Shown one piece after another: positions 15,580 to 17,270 of a stretch of 17,270 nucleotides of DNA. The position numbers were made by a program, and so were the translations under genes. The number at the start of each line of letters is the position of its first letter. Within the stretch, counting starts at the first letter, position 1. Source of the DNA: Abditibacteriaceae bacterium (GTDB lineage: Bacteria > Armatimonadota > Abditibacteriia > Abditibacteriales > Abditibacteriaceae); NCBI GenBank assembly GCA_031425655.1, contig JANPJS010000015.1:1-17270 (forward strand), given 5' to 3'. Below the pieces are notes generated by a model. The model was not told the DNA's origin and made no database searches. It saw only the letters and a program-made list of their open reading frames with translations.

Positions 15580-16863
15580 ATGAGCCAATCCAAAATTTCC
15601 CGAAGGCGTTTCATCGGCGGCGCGGCGGCAGGACTCGCCATTCCTTATTTCATTCCCGACGGCGTGTTGGCCGCGCCGGGCCGTCCGGGCGCTAACGACC
15701 GCATTCGCATCGCCAATATCGGCCTCGGCGGCATGGGCACCGGCCACGTTTTCCCCGATGCCGTCGCGCTTTGCGATGTAGACGATAATCACTTGGCCGC
15801 CAACGCCAAAAGAGTGAAAGGCACGCCGTTTCTGACCAAAGATTATCGCTATATTCTCGACCGCGACGACGTGGAAGCTGTAATGATCGCCACGCCCGAT
15901 CACTGGCACGCGCTGATGACGGTTCACGCGTGTCAGGCCGGCAAAGACGTGTATTCCGAAAAGCCGACGGCGCGCACCATTCACGAAGGCCAGGCGATGG
16001 TTGCCGCCGCGCGACGGCATGGGCGCGTAGTGCAAATCGGCGCGCAGGGCCGTTCGGGGCAAGTCGGGCGTTTGGCCGCGCAGTTCGTGCGCAATGGGCA
16101 GTTGGGCAACGTGCCGCGCGTCGAGGTGTGGCACGAGAACAATTACAGCGGCGGTTCGGGCGTGCCGCAGCCGGTTCCGCCCGAACTCGATTGGGATATG
16201 TGGCTCGGCCCGGCGGCGTGGCGGCCTTACAACGCCAGTCTGGTGCATTTCAATTTTCGCTGGATTATGGACTTCGGAGGCGGCTTCATCCGTGACCGGG
16301 GCAACCACGTTCTCAGCATCGTCAAATGGTGTATGGGGGCCGACGAGCAAGGCCCGGTCAGCGTTGAAGCGACCGGACAGCGCAATTACGCTTCGCCGTG
16401 GGACGTGCCGATTACCATGGAAGTGAAGTGGGAATTCAAAAACCCCGACTGGACGCTGACCTGGAGCCAGCCCGGCGCAAAATATCCTTTGCCCGGCACC
16501 ACTCAGCCGATTGCGTGGGGCGCGAAATTTCACGGCGAGCGCGATTCGCTGATTTTCGCGGGCGGCGACGGCTATGGCGATACCGAAGCCAAAGCCAAAA
16601 CTTATGTGCCGCCGACCAATGGCGTGATCATTCCGCAAAGTCCGGGGCACCGCCAGAACTGGCTCGATTGCATTCGCAGCCGCGAAAAGCCGGTTATGGA
16701 TGTTGAAACCGGCCACAACGTGATTATTTTGCCGATTATCGCCAATATCGCGTATCGTTTAGGCCGCAAATTGCAATGGGATGGGACAAAGCAAGAATTT
16801 ATCGGCGACATCGAAGCCAATCGCTTTTTGCACGAGCCGTATCGCGCGCCTTGGCGGCTTTAA
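15580..16863 (+). CDS. Gfo/Idh/MocA-family oxidoreductase with Tat signal (427 aa)
   Basis: SRRRFI twin-arginine motif, GLGGMG, LCDVD, ATPDHWH, YSEKP, WDMWLGPA, C-terminal YRAPWRL. Confidence 0.93.
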   Translation: MSQSKISRRRFIGGAAAGLAIPYFIPDGVLAAPGRPGANDRIRIANIGLGGMGTGHVFPDAVALCDVDDNHLAANAKRVKGTPFLTKDYRYILDRDDVEAVMIATPDHWHALMTVHACQAGKDVYSEKPTARTIHEGQAMVAAARRHGRVVQIGAQGRSGQVGRLAAQFVRNGQLGNVPRVEVWHENNYSGGSGVPQPVPPELDWDMWLGPAAWRPYNASLVHFNFRWIMDFGGGFIRDRGNHVLSIVKWCMGADEQGPVSVEATGQRNYASPWDVPITMEVKWEFKNPDWTLTWSQPGAKYPLPGTTQPIAWGAKFHGERDSLIFAGGDGYGDTEAKAKTYVPPTNGVIIPQSPGHRQNWLDCIRSREKPVMDVETGHNVIILPIIANIAYRLGRKLQWDGTKQEFIGDIEANRFLHEPYRAPWRL

Positions 16864-16998
16864 CCCAGCGCGCCACTTGCGAAAAAGGCATTCGCTGCGG
16901 CAAACTGGGCAAGCATCACATCAGACTAAACTCTTGCCTTTAACTCACGTCAAAAGGCGAGCGTTTTTCAAACGTAATAAACGAAGGATAGAACGACC

Positions 16999-17270
16999 AT
17001 GAAAAGCAAAACCCTGCACGGCGCAATGTTGATCGCCACGACCGCATTTGCGCTCCCGATGTTGGCCGCTCCCGCCAAACCGGCGGCCAAACCCAAGCCG
17101 GTTGCCAAACCGATGATGAAGCCGAAGCCAAAGCCGAAAACCGGCCCCGCCGCCGGAACCGCCGAAGCCAAGTTCGTGCTACCCGCAGCCTCGTATTTGG
17201 GCACTCCCAAGCAAATTAAAGACACCACGGCGCCTCTTTTTCAGAAGCGCGGGCCGGTTTATTTGCCGAT
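16999..17270 (+). CDS. Secreted protein, N-terminal fragment with Pro/Lys-rich linker (runs off the window)
   Basis: RBS aagga (16984-16988). The frame is open to the window end: MKSKTLHGAMLIATTAFALPMLA-APAKPAAKPKPVAKPMMKPKPKPKTGPAAGTAEAKFVLPAASYLGTPKQIKDTTAPLFQKRGPVYLP. Not in the ORF track because it has no stop. Confidence 0.8.
   Translation, partial: MKSKTLHGAMLIATTAFALPMLAAPAKPAAKPKPVAKPMMKPKPKPKTGPAAGTAEAKFVLPAASYLGTPKQIKDTTAPLFQKRGPVYLP

Noticed and set aside
15520..16716. Long antisense ORFs (15520-16716, 4523-5410, 6318-7070, 8463-8996)
   Set aside because: These are shadow frames of GC-rich genes with clear family motifs on the opposite strand.

Overview
GC-rich bacterial window; the gene content suggests an Armatimonadota/Abditibacteriota- or PVC-like organism, but this is unverified. 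From left to right it contains: (1) the 3' end and right end of an IS110-family (bridge-recombinase) element, missed by the ORF track; (2) a 184-bp MITE with ISAs1-like ends and a target-site duplication; (3) a module of a NarL/LuxR response regulator, a stand-alone PilZ protein and a 748-aa secreted Cys-paired Ig/PKD-repeat protein; (4) an exported carbohydrate-redox cluster (Tat Gfo/Idh/MocA, HEAT-repeat protein, Tat Gfo/Idh/MocA, DUF1080); (5) on the minus strand, a ModF-like double ABC ATPase, amtB, a small ribbon-helix-helix protein and a membrane-anchored hypothetical protein; (6) a third Tat Gfo/Idh/MocA gene and the start of a secreted Pro/Lys-rich protein. The intergenic DNA holds several palindromic REP/MITE-like elements, some nested. 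The most notable observation is that the sequence at and just beyond the IS110 right end (CTCTGGGCAGG) recurs, inverted, inside a repeat element at about 12,000. That copy looks like an empty target site and predicts the bridge-RNA target.
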